A DNA stretch of 64,000 nucleotides from the human T2T-CHM13v2.0 reference genome, Homo sapiens. The stretch lies in NCBI RefSeq assembly GCF_009914755.1, contig NC_060933.1, one strand, 5' to 3'. Each line of letters begins with the position of its first letter. Positions within the stretch are counted from its first letter, which is position 1. The notes below the pieces were generated by a model. That model was not told where the DNA came from. It searched no databases and saw only the letters and a program-made list of their open reading frames with translations. A program made the position numbers and the translations under genes. Below, one piece after another: positions 36,401-51,822 of the stretch.

Positions 36401-39400
36401 CCTGATGCCCACCTTGGCACAGGTGTACACTTTGGGCCTAGTGTGCACCTGAAGCCTGGCTGTCAACCTGGGTCTTGATGCACACCTTTAGTCAAGTGTT
36501 AAACTGGGGCCTGATGAAATACTGGAGCCTGATTTACACCTGTGTACTGGGTCTCCACCTGGGGCCTGATGTCCACCTGCAGCCAGATATCCACCTGGCA
36601 CCAGATGTCTTTGAGGAATCTGGGTGTCCACCTTGAAAATGATGTATTCCAAGAGACTAGGCATGCACATTGGGCCTGGGGTGCACCTGGGGCCTGATGT
36701 CTACCTGAGGCTGGTATTGAACTGGGGCCTGTGTGTTCACTTGGAGCCTGATGTTCATTTGGAACCTGGTGTTCACCTAGGACGTGGGTATCCACCTGGA
36801 TCCTGATTTTCAAGTGGGGAGTGGATATAGACCTGGGAACTGATGGCCACCTATGCTATAAGTAACCCAACCACCTGGGGCCTGGTGTTCACCTGTGGCC
36901 TGATATCCACCTGGTACCTGTGTGTCAATCTAGAGCCTGGTGTCCACTTGAGGACTAGGCAGACACCTGGGGCTTGGTGTTCACCAGGGGCCTGGTGTTC
37001 AACTTGCACCCAGTGTCCACCTGGACCCTGTGTATCAACCTGTGGCCTAGGTGGCCACTTGGAGCTTTATGTGCACCTGGGGCCTGAGAGGTTCCTAGGA
37101 TCTGATGACCACTGGGGCCCAGGTATTCACCTGGGATATCAGGCTTCAAGTGTACACCCAGGCTCCATGTGGACACCAGGCCAGGAGAACGCCAGCCCTT
37201 ATCTGAACATCAGGTCCTGGATGGACTCCCAGGCTCCATGTGTACATCAGGCCCCAGGTATACACGGGACTCCAGGTGGACACCAGCACTCAATTGGATA
37301 CACACCCTGAAGGTGGATACCAGGCCCCACGTGAATTCCTACACTCCAGGTGAACATCAGGTCCCAAGTGGATACCTGGACCCCAGGTGGATACCAGTCT
37401 CTAAATTAATACCAGGCCTCAGATGGTCCTTAGGAGCCATGTGGGCATTAGTCATCAGGAAGTTACCTAGGCCCAAAGTGGACATCAGGCCCCATGTTGA
37501 CACAAGATCTAGTTGGAAGTCAGGCCCCAGGTGGACACCCAGGCCCTAGGTAAATACTTAGGTCCCAAGTTGACAGCAGGCCCTATGTGAACACTCAGAA
37601 CTCAGGTGGACATCAGGCCTCAGGTGGACATCTGAGTTCATCTGGAACCTCATGTTACAGGCCCCATGTAAACACCAGGCCTTAGATGGATACCCAATCT
37701 CTAGGTAGACATCAGAGCTCAGATTGACACAAAGACTCCAGTAGACATAATGTACCAATGAATATCCAGGCGCCCGGTAAATACCCAGGCCCCAGATTGA
37801 CACCACGGTCTATGTGGACACAGAGGCCCTGGGTAGTAAACAGGCCCAAGGTGGACACTGGACTGGACATCAGATCCTAGGTTGACAACCATGCTCCAAG
37901 TTGACACCAGGCCCCAAGCGAACATCTGGCCCCAGCTGGACACTAGTCCCCTGGTGAATACCTAGTCTCAAGGTTGACATCAGACCCTATGTGAACACTA
38001 GACCCCAGATAAACACTTATGCCCTAAGTGGACATCAGGCCTCAGGTGGTTACCCAGTCCCAAGGTGAACATCAGGACCCCGATGGCACCAGTTATCAAG
38101 TGGATTCCTAGGCCCCAGGTGAATATCAAGCCCTAGGTGGATACCGAGCCCCAGGTGGATACCTGGATCCTGGTAGACATCAGGTCCCAAGAGGACACTA
38201 GAACCCAGGAGTACATTAGGCCACAGGTTAACACGAAGGCCCCAGATGAATACCAGGCCAACTTGTGGACATCAGGCCTGAGAAGGGTCCTGTGGACATC
38301 AGGCCTGAGAAGGGTCCAGGTGGATATCAGGCCCCAGGTGAACATCCAGCACTCAGATGAACATTAAGCTTCAGGTAGGCATCATGCCTCGGGTGAACTC
38401 CAGGCCCCAGCTGAACATCAGGCCCCAGGTGGATGCCCAGAATCCGGGTGCACATCTGGCCACAGTTGGACATTCAACCCCAGGTGACCATCAGGCCATG
38501 GGTGAATACACGGTTTCCAGGTAGACATCAGATCAAAGGGGAACATCAGTCCCCCAGTGGACATCAGGCCCAAGGTGGACACTCAACTAGAGGTTTACAT
38601 CAGGCCACATGTTGACACCTAGTCCCAGGTGGACATCAGGCCCCAGCTAGATACCTAGTCTTCCAGTGAATTTCAGACACCAGGTTGACATTCAGGCCCC
38701 CAGTGGTCATCTGGCCTCATGCGAACACTCAGACCCCAGGTGCAAATGATGTCTCAACTGGATACCAAACCCCTTGTTTGATAACCAAGGCCCAGGTGGA
38801 CACCATGTCCAAGGCTGACACTCAAGCCCTAAGTGAATACCAAACTCTAGGTGAATAATTCAACCCAGGTGGTCATTAGGACCCAGCTGGATACCAGTCC
38901 CCAGGTTAACACAAGGCCCCCAGTGGGCACCTAGGCACCAGCTGGACATCAGGCCCTATGTAAATACCCGGGTCTCAGGTGAACACCATGCCCCAGGTGG
39001 AGATCAGGCACTAGGTGAACACGGGGCCACAGGTGGACATCTAGCCCCTGGGCAACATCCAGCCCCAGGCGGAGATAACCATTTCCATGGATAAACCATT
39101 CCCAGGTGGATATCAGGCCTCAAGAGGATGGCAGTCACCAGGTAGACATCAGGCCTCAGATAGACACCAAGGTCCCAGATGTACAGCAGGCCCCAACTGA
39201 ACCCCAGACTCATGTGGACATCAGGCCACAGGTAGACACCAAGCCTTAGGTAGATACCTAACTTCAGGTAGTCATCAGACCCAAGGTGGACACCCAGTCC
39301 CCAGGTGGACAGTCAGGCCCCAGGCACACATCAGGCCTTAAGTGGACACCCAGGCCCCAGGTTGATATCCAGTTCCCAGGCGATCACCAAGCCCCAGGTA

Positions 39401-39797
39401 GACACCAGGCCGTAGGTGAGCAACAGGATGCAGTAGGTCATCAGGCCACAGCTGGATACCAGTCCCCGGTGATCACAAGGCCCCAGTGGGACATAGATCT
39501 AAGGCAGACATCAGGCCCCAGGTGGACATACAGGTCTGAGGTGGAATTCACCCTGAGGGGGACATTCGGCCCCAGGTACGCATCAGGCCTCAGCTGAATA
39601 ACCAGTCCCCAGGTGGACATTAACCCACAGGTCAACCACAGTCCCCAGGTTGATACCTGGTCCCCAGGTGGCTACTCAATCTGCAGGGTAACATTAGTCC
39701 CCTGTAGGATCCCAGGCCCCAAGTGGATTCCTAGGCCCCTGGTGAACATCAAGTGCAGGTGTCCAAGTAGGCCCTGGGTGGACATAACTGTGTACAG
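30498..39797. repeat. Degenerate 18/19-bp GC-rich satellite, consensus ~(G)GRTGTCCACCTGGGGCCT; forward 30.5-37.13 kb, reversed 37.14-39.8 kb
   Basis: Continuous CACCTGGGGCCT-type monomers, then AGGCCCCAGGTGGACATC-type monomers; ORF track shows the periodic PQVDIR / VHLGP peptides; I cannot assign a family name. Confidence 0.92.
34351..34720 (-). mobile_element. MST (MSTA-like) MaLR solo LTR
   Basis: TGTATTAGTCCATTTTCAC...AAGAGGTTTAA...GAGATTTGGGTGG...ATATCA; 5-bp TSD GGCCT at 34346-34350 and 34721-34725. Confidence 0.9.
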
Positions 39798-39954
39798 GTA
39801 AGGAGTTGACCTGTGGGGAGGATGAGCAGTCAGCAGCCCACTGGGGTCCTGAGTAGGTCTTCTGGAAGGAGGAGGCTGAGGGGATGGAACCTTAAAGAAG
39901 CAACCTCACTTCTTTGGCAACAGACCCTAACAGAACTTAGAATTCTGGTAACCA

Positions 39955-40549
<595 letters not shown>

Positions 40550-40559
40550 CTAGAGTTAG

Positions 40560-41815
<1,256 letters not shown>

Positions 41816-42124
41816 AACTTCTATGACTTCTTTCACTCCCTAATATTGTAGATGGTGTTTTTGAGGTGACGTTGAAAACCTCTGATAGTTGTGTGTTTTG
41901 TTGTGGTTCTTTGGGTGACTAAATTACCATCTGATCAAGTGATATTGAAAACCCTTCAGGTACGGCTTTTAGAAGACTTTGACCTATTTTTGCTTGTGTT
42001 GACTCTCCCTCCAGCTTTGTGGAAAGAGGGATCATGTAGGTTCATTTCTCAGGCAGATCAGTCACCTTTTGCCATCAAAGTTTTAGCATCCATTTCGAAA
42101 ATTTGGTGTACAAGTTGATATTTT

Positions 42125-42482
42125 GGTGTTTTTAGCTAATCTGGGGTCAAAACAGAATGCCATAGATGAGGAAGCTTATAAACAAATTTGTTTCTCTCAG
42201 TTCTGGAGATGGCAAAATTCAAGGTCAAGTGGTTAGCAGATTCTGTGTCTGGTGTGGGCTTGCTTTGTGGTTCATAGCCATGTTTCTACCATGTCCTCAC
42301 ATGACAGAAGAGATGAGGGAGCTCTCTATGGTGCCTTCAATAGGGGCTACTAATCCCACTCATGTGGTCCCTGCCTTCATGATCTAATCATTCCCCAAGG
42401 CCCTACCTCCAAATATCATCACATAGGGAATTAGATTTCAACACTTGAATTTGAGAGGGACAATAACATTTGGTCTATAGCA
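42125..42482 (-). mobile_element. MLT1A-like MaLR LTR
   Basis: TTTCTCTCAGTTCTGGAG...TCAAGGTCAAG...AGCAGATTCTGTGTCTGGTG...ATTTCAACACTTGAATTTG...TATAGCA. Confidence 0.75.
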
Positions 42483-42932
42483 TCAGGTTACCCAGAGCCT
42501 TATGCATTCGGAGGAAATCCAAAATCTTCTATAAGTATTTGCTGGTCCCCTCTGGGCTTAGGGAAATCTTTAATTGCAGCTCTTGATTCAGCTTGGTCCA
42601 AGCCGAAATTCTACGTTTGCCTGAGTAACTTGTTCATGGGACAGAGGCAACTGACCATTTGGAGTTTTAGGAAATTGATGGAAGAGGGCTTGGCATCTGG
42701 ATGAGAAGTGGAGGGAGAATAGAACAAAGGCACAGGAGAGAGCACAATGAGAAAGGGGAAGAGGGACATCTGGACATAAGGGCCAACTGGAGGGCAGGGA
42801 AGGTAATTTTCCTTGCATTTTAAACTCAGACCACATATCACATCAGAATCACCTGAGGGAGACGTTTTCAATGCATATTCCTGGGTTTCTTCTCTTGGAA
42901 ATTTTTATTAAATCTTGAGTTGTGCTGATTTA

Positions 42933-43242
<310 letters not shown>

Positions 43243-43709
43243 ATTGTGGATAATTCTGATGCAATTAGAAAACAAAGCAGAGCTTGACAACCACTGGGTT
43301 GGGACGTATATCAGGAAGACATTTGATTATGTAAAATAACTGCAAAACAAACTGAAGGGGAATTATTTTAAAATGCTTGAATATAATTATATAATTCAAC
43401 TCTTCTTATGTATGTAGTTTGACCACATATTTGATGTCTGCTATACTAAGATTGGAAATGTGTAGAAGTTTTTTTAAAAAATCAGGTAGAAGCACAGAAA
43501 AAAGGAGTTGGAGAGAAAAGAAAACTAGCTATTGTCTGGTAACAAGAGAAGAGAAGGGAAACGAAGTAGCATATTTTTGTTCATTGATGGCATCTAAATT
43601 ATGATCCCAAATATTTTTTTCCTAAGAAATCCAATAATACAAGTATTCAGAGTGGAGTACCAACACTGATTTACTGGGAAAGAGAAGTGTACTCTGTTTT
43701 GCTACACAA

Positions 43710-44302
43710 TGTTGAGGGAGAAGGAAAGGAAAATTATTTGAGTAAACAAGTAAGAGACTGGTCCTCAGGGAAGCTGTCTGCCTGAAAAATCACAACTACT
43801 GCACCTACAGATAAGCCCTGAACAGATAAGCATGCAGGGTCCAGCACAGATGCCTTCTGTTCTTTGTGTATTTGGCAAGCTCCCAGGTAAAATTTTCCTC
43901 CCTTTTTCAGGCATATACATGGCGGTCTCTGTGGGAACTTGCGCAGGGAGGAGGGGGGCTTACCTAAAACAAACCCACAGTTATAGAAACAAGAGAAGCC
44001 CACTTTGTGCTTGACTAGAGACATACCCACAGCTGGATATATAAAGGGAATTGTGCCGACAGTTTTATATATAGCTGAGAGGAGTTTCTTATAAAAGCTT
44101 TTTGATTCAACTGTAAAAACGGCAATCCACTTGGACGCCCTTGTCTGCTGCAGAGAGCTTCCTCCTTTTGCTTGTTAAACTTTCACTCCCACCTCACCTG
44201 TGTGTCCCCGTCCCTTAATCATCTTGGTGGTGAGATGAAGAACACCAGGTGATACCTCACAAGAGAGACTGCTACGTTGTGGTGCATTGGCGAGACTGCA
44301 AC
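43710..44302 (+). mobile_element. ERV1 solo LTR, MER61-like
   Basis: Starts TG; CAGATAAG repeats; CTGTAAAAACGGCAA; 3' end GGTGATACCTCA...GAGACTGCTACGTTGTGGTGCATTGGCGAGACTG resembles MER61. Confidence 0.55.
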
Positions 44303-44816
44303 TTTAAGAAGTGTGACTTTTATTGCTGCTGAATTATTTTATCTCCTACCCAATTGAAAATAAAGGATATAAAGTGCTTAGGTTGAACACAAAGTCCTCT
44401 GCTCTAGGTAACATCTTCAGCAGCCACATTAGCAGAGGCATGGGTGGTAATGGTGGAGTAGATGTCTCTTTGCTTCTGACAGGGTGTCTGCTTATGTGTT
44501 AAACAAAATAGTATGGTATATATTTCATTAAGAAATCTGCTAAAAAATGAAGTAAAACAGGTTCATGTTCTTAAGAGGCACAGGATTTGCTACGGCAGCA
44601 AGACCAAAAGGCTTAAGTAACAAAAATGTGCATAGTAGTTACAAACATTTTCATCTAAACAAAACAATGTGAGCATCTGCATATGACAATAACTTATGCA
44701 AAAAATATTTTTAACTGAGATTGAAATCATTTTATACATAACAAATGTTATCACTGTATTCTCAGGTAATATATTGTTTGTATATAGATGTTATAAATAA
44801 TAACTTATTTAAGTTA

Positions 44817-45868
<1,052 letters not shown>

Positions 45869-46169
45869 TAGAAGTTGTACTGCTGAAAACAAGAGCTACC
45901 AATAAAAAAATTTCAGGAAACCTAGTGTGATTATTTTTAATAGAAATGGATATTTTAATACAGGTCTCTTGTTTTTTCTTGTGGAAATAAATGACAAGAT
46001 GGAATTTCTGGGTGTTTGGTATCTGAATATTTAAGTATAGCAGGTATGGTCAGTTTTTCAAAGGCATTTTACCATCTTACTTGTCCATCGGTAACTCATA
46101 AGATATGTGGAACAAAGTCCTCTCCAACAACCTCTAGTATCAGTCTTTGTAAAGTTTGTCAATTAAATG

Positions 46170-46478
46170 GGTGTTTTTTTGTTTTTGTTTTTCTTTTTGA
46201 GACCGTCTCACCCTGTCACCCAGGCTGTAGTGCTGCTGCGTGATCTTAGCTCACTGCAGTCTTTGCCTTCCAGGTTCAAGTGATTCTCCTGCCTTGGCCT
46301 CTCAAGTAACTGGGACTACAGGTGCCCCCCAACACACCCAGCTAATTTTTATATGTTTAGTAAAGACAGGGTTTCACCATATTGGCCAAGCTGTTCTCAA
46401 TCCTGACCTCAGATGGTCCACCTGTCTCAGCCTCCTAAAGCTCTGGGATTACAGTCATGAGCCACCGCACTTGGCTGG
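46170..46478 (-). mobile_element. AluS
   Basis: T-rich tail plus both arms, antisense. Confidence 0.9.
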
Positions 46479-46499
46479 TTTTCTCTCTCTCTCTCTCTC

Positions 46500-46582
46500 T
46501 CTCTACTTTAAGTTCTGGGATAAATGTGCAGAACATGCAGTTTTGTTACACAGGTATACATGTGTCATGGTGGTTTGCTGCA
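46500..46582 (-). mobile_element. L1PA 3'-end fragment
   Basis: TACTTTAAGTTCTGGGATA.ATGTGCAGAAC.TGCAG..TTGTTACA.AGGTATACATGTG..ATGGTGGTTTGCTGCA. Confidence 0.85.
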
Positions 46583-46849
46583 ACATGGGTGTAGGTTTTG
46601 CAGGTAATTATTATATTATTAAAAGATAACAGAATACCTAGCTAAAAAAAAATGCGAGGAGGCATTGATGGGCACATGTTTACTGAGCACATCCTGACTC
46701 CAGAATTAAAAATCCAATTTATGCCTCTGCAGTCCAATAAAATTTTTCCTTAAGAATCCAGGGATCAGACTTTCATCTCAGCAACCACTCCAATATGGTT
46801 TCTCACCTACTCATTCCAACGAGCTGCTCATATCAAAATATAAGTGCTA

Positions 46850-47350
46850 TCCATATTGTTAAATTATAAATTGAACCATAACTTCTCAGCCTTCATCTTA
46901 ATTTATATATCAGCAGCATTTCACACAGTCTATCTCCACCTTCTCTTTGTAAAACTTTTTTATAGAATTCCAGAACACTTAACTTACTTTCCCCCCACCA
47001 CGTTTTTGAAAATTACCCCTAGTCCTTTTTTGCAGGTTTCATCTTTACTATTTTTCAAATGTTAGAGGACCATTAGGCTCAGGACTTTCACTTCTTATCT
47101 TTCTTATCTTTGCTTTCTTACTAATTTTTGTGTCATTAATTTCCTGATATTTCATATTACACCTAAACACTGGACACTACACCCAACACTCCCTGACTTA
47201 TCCACGTGGATATCAGTTAGGAATCTCAAAATTAATATGTCTGTATGGAGCCACTGAAACTCCCCAAATTTGCTCTTCCCCATTCTGTTTAATGGCAACT
47301 CCCATTTTATAGTTTCTCAGCTCAATATTCTTGGTGTCCCCTTTTAATTC
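46850..47350 (+). mobile_element. L2-like LINE fragment
   Basis: TCCACGTGGATATC...ATCTCAAAATTAATATGTC...TTAATGGCAACTCCCAT...TCTCAGCTCAA...CTTGGTGTC. Confidence 0.55.
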
Positions 47351-47379
47351 TGTCTCTATATCTCTGTCACTCTCTTCCT

Positions 47380-47502
47380 GTATCTGTCTGATTCTCTCCC
47401 CCTCTCTCCTCTCTCTTGCTCACTCTCACTCTTGCTCTCTCTCCCTGCTTCACACACACACAAATACGCACAGACAGACAGACACACACACACACACACA
47501 CA
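47380..47502. repeat. (CT)n/(CA)n microsatellite
   Basis: Direct reading. Confidence 0.9.
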
Positions 47503-49919
47503 TTTTCAGATCTGATGTGTATGGAATTCCTGCCAGCTTTACCTTTAAAGTGTAGTAATTCCAAATGTTGTTGAAAATTCACCTTCCCACCCCCACCACT
47601 TGGTAACTATAGCACTTCCCTCACAAGGCCAAGTGCAGAGATTTCTTGGGGAAATAATGAGAACTATTATACATTCTTATTTCAAGGACCCTTAAAATTA
47701 TAAGATTGCCATATTTGATACTAATTTAAGCTTCTGTCATTGCCCTTTTTTCAATCCAGTCTCCACACAGCTACCACAGTGTGCAAGTAGAAGTCTCAGC
47801 CATATCACCACACTCCTGCTTTAATGTCCCTACTCCATTGCTTCTTTTCTCCTTCAGAAGAGTTTAAGCTTAATGAAGCTGGGCAACTTTACATATTTTT
47901 CCACGAGCTGGAGATCACTTGGTGTAAGGTAAAAATGATCAGTAAATATTTTCAAATAACAGAATCCATGAATAATAGTTTTGTTTCTTTGAGAGTACAT
48001 TGACTTTTAAAAATCAAGAAAATAGATTGGTCAAGAGAATTCTGCTTGTTTTGATTTTGTTATCCCTCGATTAGATTAACTGTGTTAGTATAAATGTCAG
48101 TGTGGAAAGCTATAAGCATTTCCTAAACTTTAAAATGAAAGGCATGGAATTTAAATATCTGCTCCCTTTATTCAAGCAACCAAAAAACACAACTTTTTAA
48201 ATATATTTTATGTATGTATGAAATCTAAATTTATTTTTCTCTCTTTATCCCTGAATACTTTTTAAAGTTATTCATGTCCTCATTATTTTTTAATCCACTT
48301 CAGTCACATTTTAAAATATATTTTCAACTTCATTAAGAATATCTTTGTGTTCCACTGAATAGCTTGCCAAATAATAAAACATTAGCAGTATAATTTCCTC
48401 ATAAACTTTATTTAATTTGCTTGGTTAAACATAGGTTTCCTACTCTCAACTCATAATTTCATTCAAGTATAATATATTCTACTTGACATTTGCAGGGTTT
48501 ACATACCATGCATTTGTCATTGAAATTGGTTTTTGATATTTGAAACACTAGTTTATAATTGTATTGTTGGTTAGACTGGTCTGTAGAATCTTTCTTCGTT
48601 TTGATTCTGTGGTTTATTCATTATGGAGTAGCTGTGCTATCGTAAATTTTGAGATCAAAAGCTTAAAACATTTTATGTATTTTCAAACAAAGTGGATGGC
48701 ATTTAAATATCTATTCCTTAAAATTTGGAAGAAAGGTTAACACCATATAAACCCAGAGCCTGTTTTTTAGATTAGTAGCATGTAGACATTTTCAATTTCT
48801 TCTAAAGTTGAAAAAAATAAACATTTTATATTCATAGAATGCTTGATGAAGGTAAATATTTAATTTTCACTTAAAAGAAATTTGGTTACATTGAAAGGAA
48901 ATTTGGCTAATGTAAGTTAGATACATTTCTAATTAAAACAATAATTTAAGATAAATAATGCTCAAAGAACAGTGGTCACTGCATTTATTCCAGAGAGAGG
49001 ACATTTATCCTGATCTGGCTGTAATAACGTAGTAGGTAGTACTGCTGGCGTCGACACCCAAGCAAGGAAGGGAAGCTGGTGTCTCAAGGGGTCCCGCTGA
49101 GATGGAAAGGGTTCAGGGCCCAGACTGTTGATGTCGCCTGGACCCAACCACCATGTCTCAGAAGAAGAAATGACACTCCCCTCCTGGTGCCACCCCAAAC
49201 AAGGAGCTTAGCAGTGTTGCACACAGGACAGTCCTTGCAGGAGACACGTTTGACAAGTTGCTGAGGTGCCTGATGGGGCCAGGCTTTTTTTCATGAAATG
49301 AGTTTGCATCGTGAGGAAGCCTTTTTATTGGAAACCTGGCAGGGGTCCAATTTCCCCTTTGCCTTAACCCCGTAGGAGCACAGTAGACAGGGAGGAGGTC
49401 ACCCAGGTGGCTGTTCCTGCTTGGCCCCCACTTCCCAGACCATTCCAGGCAGGGAGAGCCGCTGAGATCACTCCATGGGCTGCTCACATGTGGTCTGGAC
49501 CTAGCCGCCCTCCTGTGCCTGGCAGGCAGCCTCTGGGCCATCAGAGGACCCACTGTGTGGTGATCAGTGGCCCACCACCTGCCCTTGTGGTGGGTGCAGT
49601 TCACAGGTGCTGCCCCAGTCCTGGCACACTGGCCTTCCCAGCCTGGCCCAGGATAGGGGATGTGAATGATCCTTGCCTGTGCCCCTTCAGACCATGTGAG
49701 GTTGGACACTCACTGCAGAAGTCCCTCCAGGTCCCTTTTCAACTGAGTTGTGGGGGACTTGCTTAGTCCTCATGCCCAGGGTCAGGGGAGGGGTGCAGAG
49801 TCTGCACCCTAAATCCCCTAGGGCCTGAGGGAGGTCTCCCAGGTGACCTCTGTCCTCTCCAGTGACATGAGTCCTCCCAGATGGCCTCAGCCCTCTCAGG
49901 TGACATGCTTCCATGGTGA

Positions 49920-50878
<959 letters not shown>

Positions 50879-51489
50879 CTGAGTGGATGACACCCTCAAC
50901 TCTTTCCCAGAGGCCCAGGGTCCCATGGGGCAGGGAAACAGAGGAAGATGGAGCTCCTCAAGGGCCTGACAAGGAGCTGAGTCCCAGCCAGGGCCTCACC
51001 CAAGATGAGGATTCTCCATGGGTTTGGAGTTGGGTTTCCTTTTCCTGCCCTGGAGGAGGAGGCAGAGGTACTAGGATGGGGGCTGAGCTCCAGCTGAGCA
51101 GGGTTAAGGGAAGTGTGTCCACCAGGCATCTGTGCATGGGGGAGTTGTTGGGAAAGCACTGGCCACTGCCCAGTGTTCTGCCCCAGGGCAGCTCAGGGGG
51201 CCCTGAGCACCTAGGGTCCAGGAAGTGCCGTGCATTGAGGTTTGTTGAGTTGGCTCCTCTGGTGTTTTGCTGATGGGGTAAGGAGGCAAATGGAGACCCC
51301 AGGCCAGGGACTCTCCTGTCCCACAAGTGCCCAGCTCCCCCAGGAGGACCTGGCTCACCCCAAGCCAGCAGGAAGCACAGGAAAGTTTCTGCATGGCACA
51401 GAAGCCAGGCCCTCCTCAAGAGGGGGCATCACACTGCAGGTGTCAGGACTCAGGCCCGCTGCTATTTCCACATTATTAATTTTATAAGG

Positions 51490-51680
51490 TGATATGGTTT
51501 GGCTGCGTTGCCACCCAAATCTCATCTTGAACTGTAATTTCCATAATCCTCATGTGTCCTGGGAGGGACCCAGTGAGAGGTAACTGAATCATGGCGGCAG
51601 TTTCCCCATGCTGTTCTCATGATAGTAAGTGAGTTCTCATGTGATCTGATGGTTTTATAAGCAGCTGGCATTTCCCTTGC
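51490..51680 (+). mobile_element. THE1D/MST-type LTR, 5' half only
   Basis: TGATATGGTTTGGCTG...CCCAAATCTCATCTTGAA...ATGCTGTTCTCATGATAGT...GATCTGATGGTTTTATAAG. Confidence 0.88.
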
Positions 51681-51822
51681 TTGAGGTGATGAATGCCCCA
51701 TTTACCCTGATGTGATTATTACACATTGCATGCCTGTGTCAAACTATCTCATGTACCCCATAAATATATACACCTACCATGTACTCATATAAATTAAAAA
51801 TAAAAATAAATTTTTTAAAAAA
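51681..51822 (+). mobile_element. L1MA-type 3' end
   Basis: TGAGGTGATG...CCCCATTTACCCTGATGTGATTATTACACATTGCATGCCTGT...ACCCCATAAATATATACACCTAC plus A-rich tail. Confidence 0.85.

Noticed and set aside
24630-39797. CRISPR-like array
   Set aside because: Primate DNA; repeats are contiguous degenerate monomers with no unique spacers and no cas genes
30498-39797. Canonical G-quadruplex array
   Set aside because: G-runs are usually ~14-15 nt apart and often broken; loops are too long for a confident call
30849-39801. Many 60-155 aa ORFs with PQVDIR / STWG / VHLGP repeats
   Set aside because: Translation of the 18/19-bp monomer; the frame is constantly broken by 19-bp units
44007-44030. p53 response element in the MER61-like LTR (GTGCTTGACT-AG-AGACATACCC)
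   Set aside because: Both half-sites deviate from RRRCWWGYYY and the second has lost the core G (CATA)
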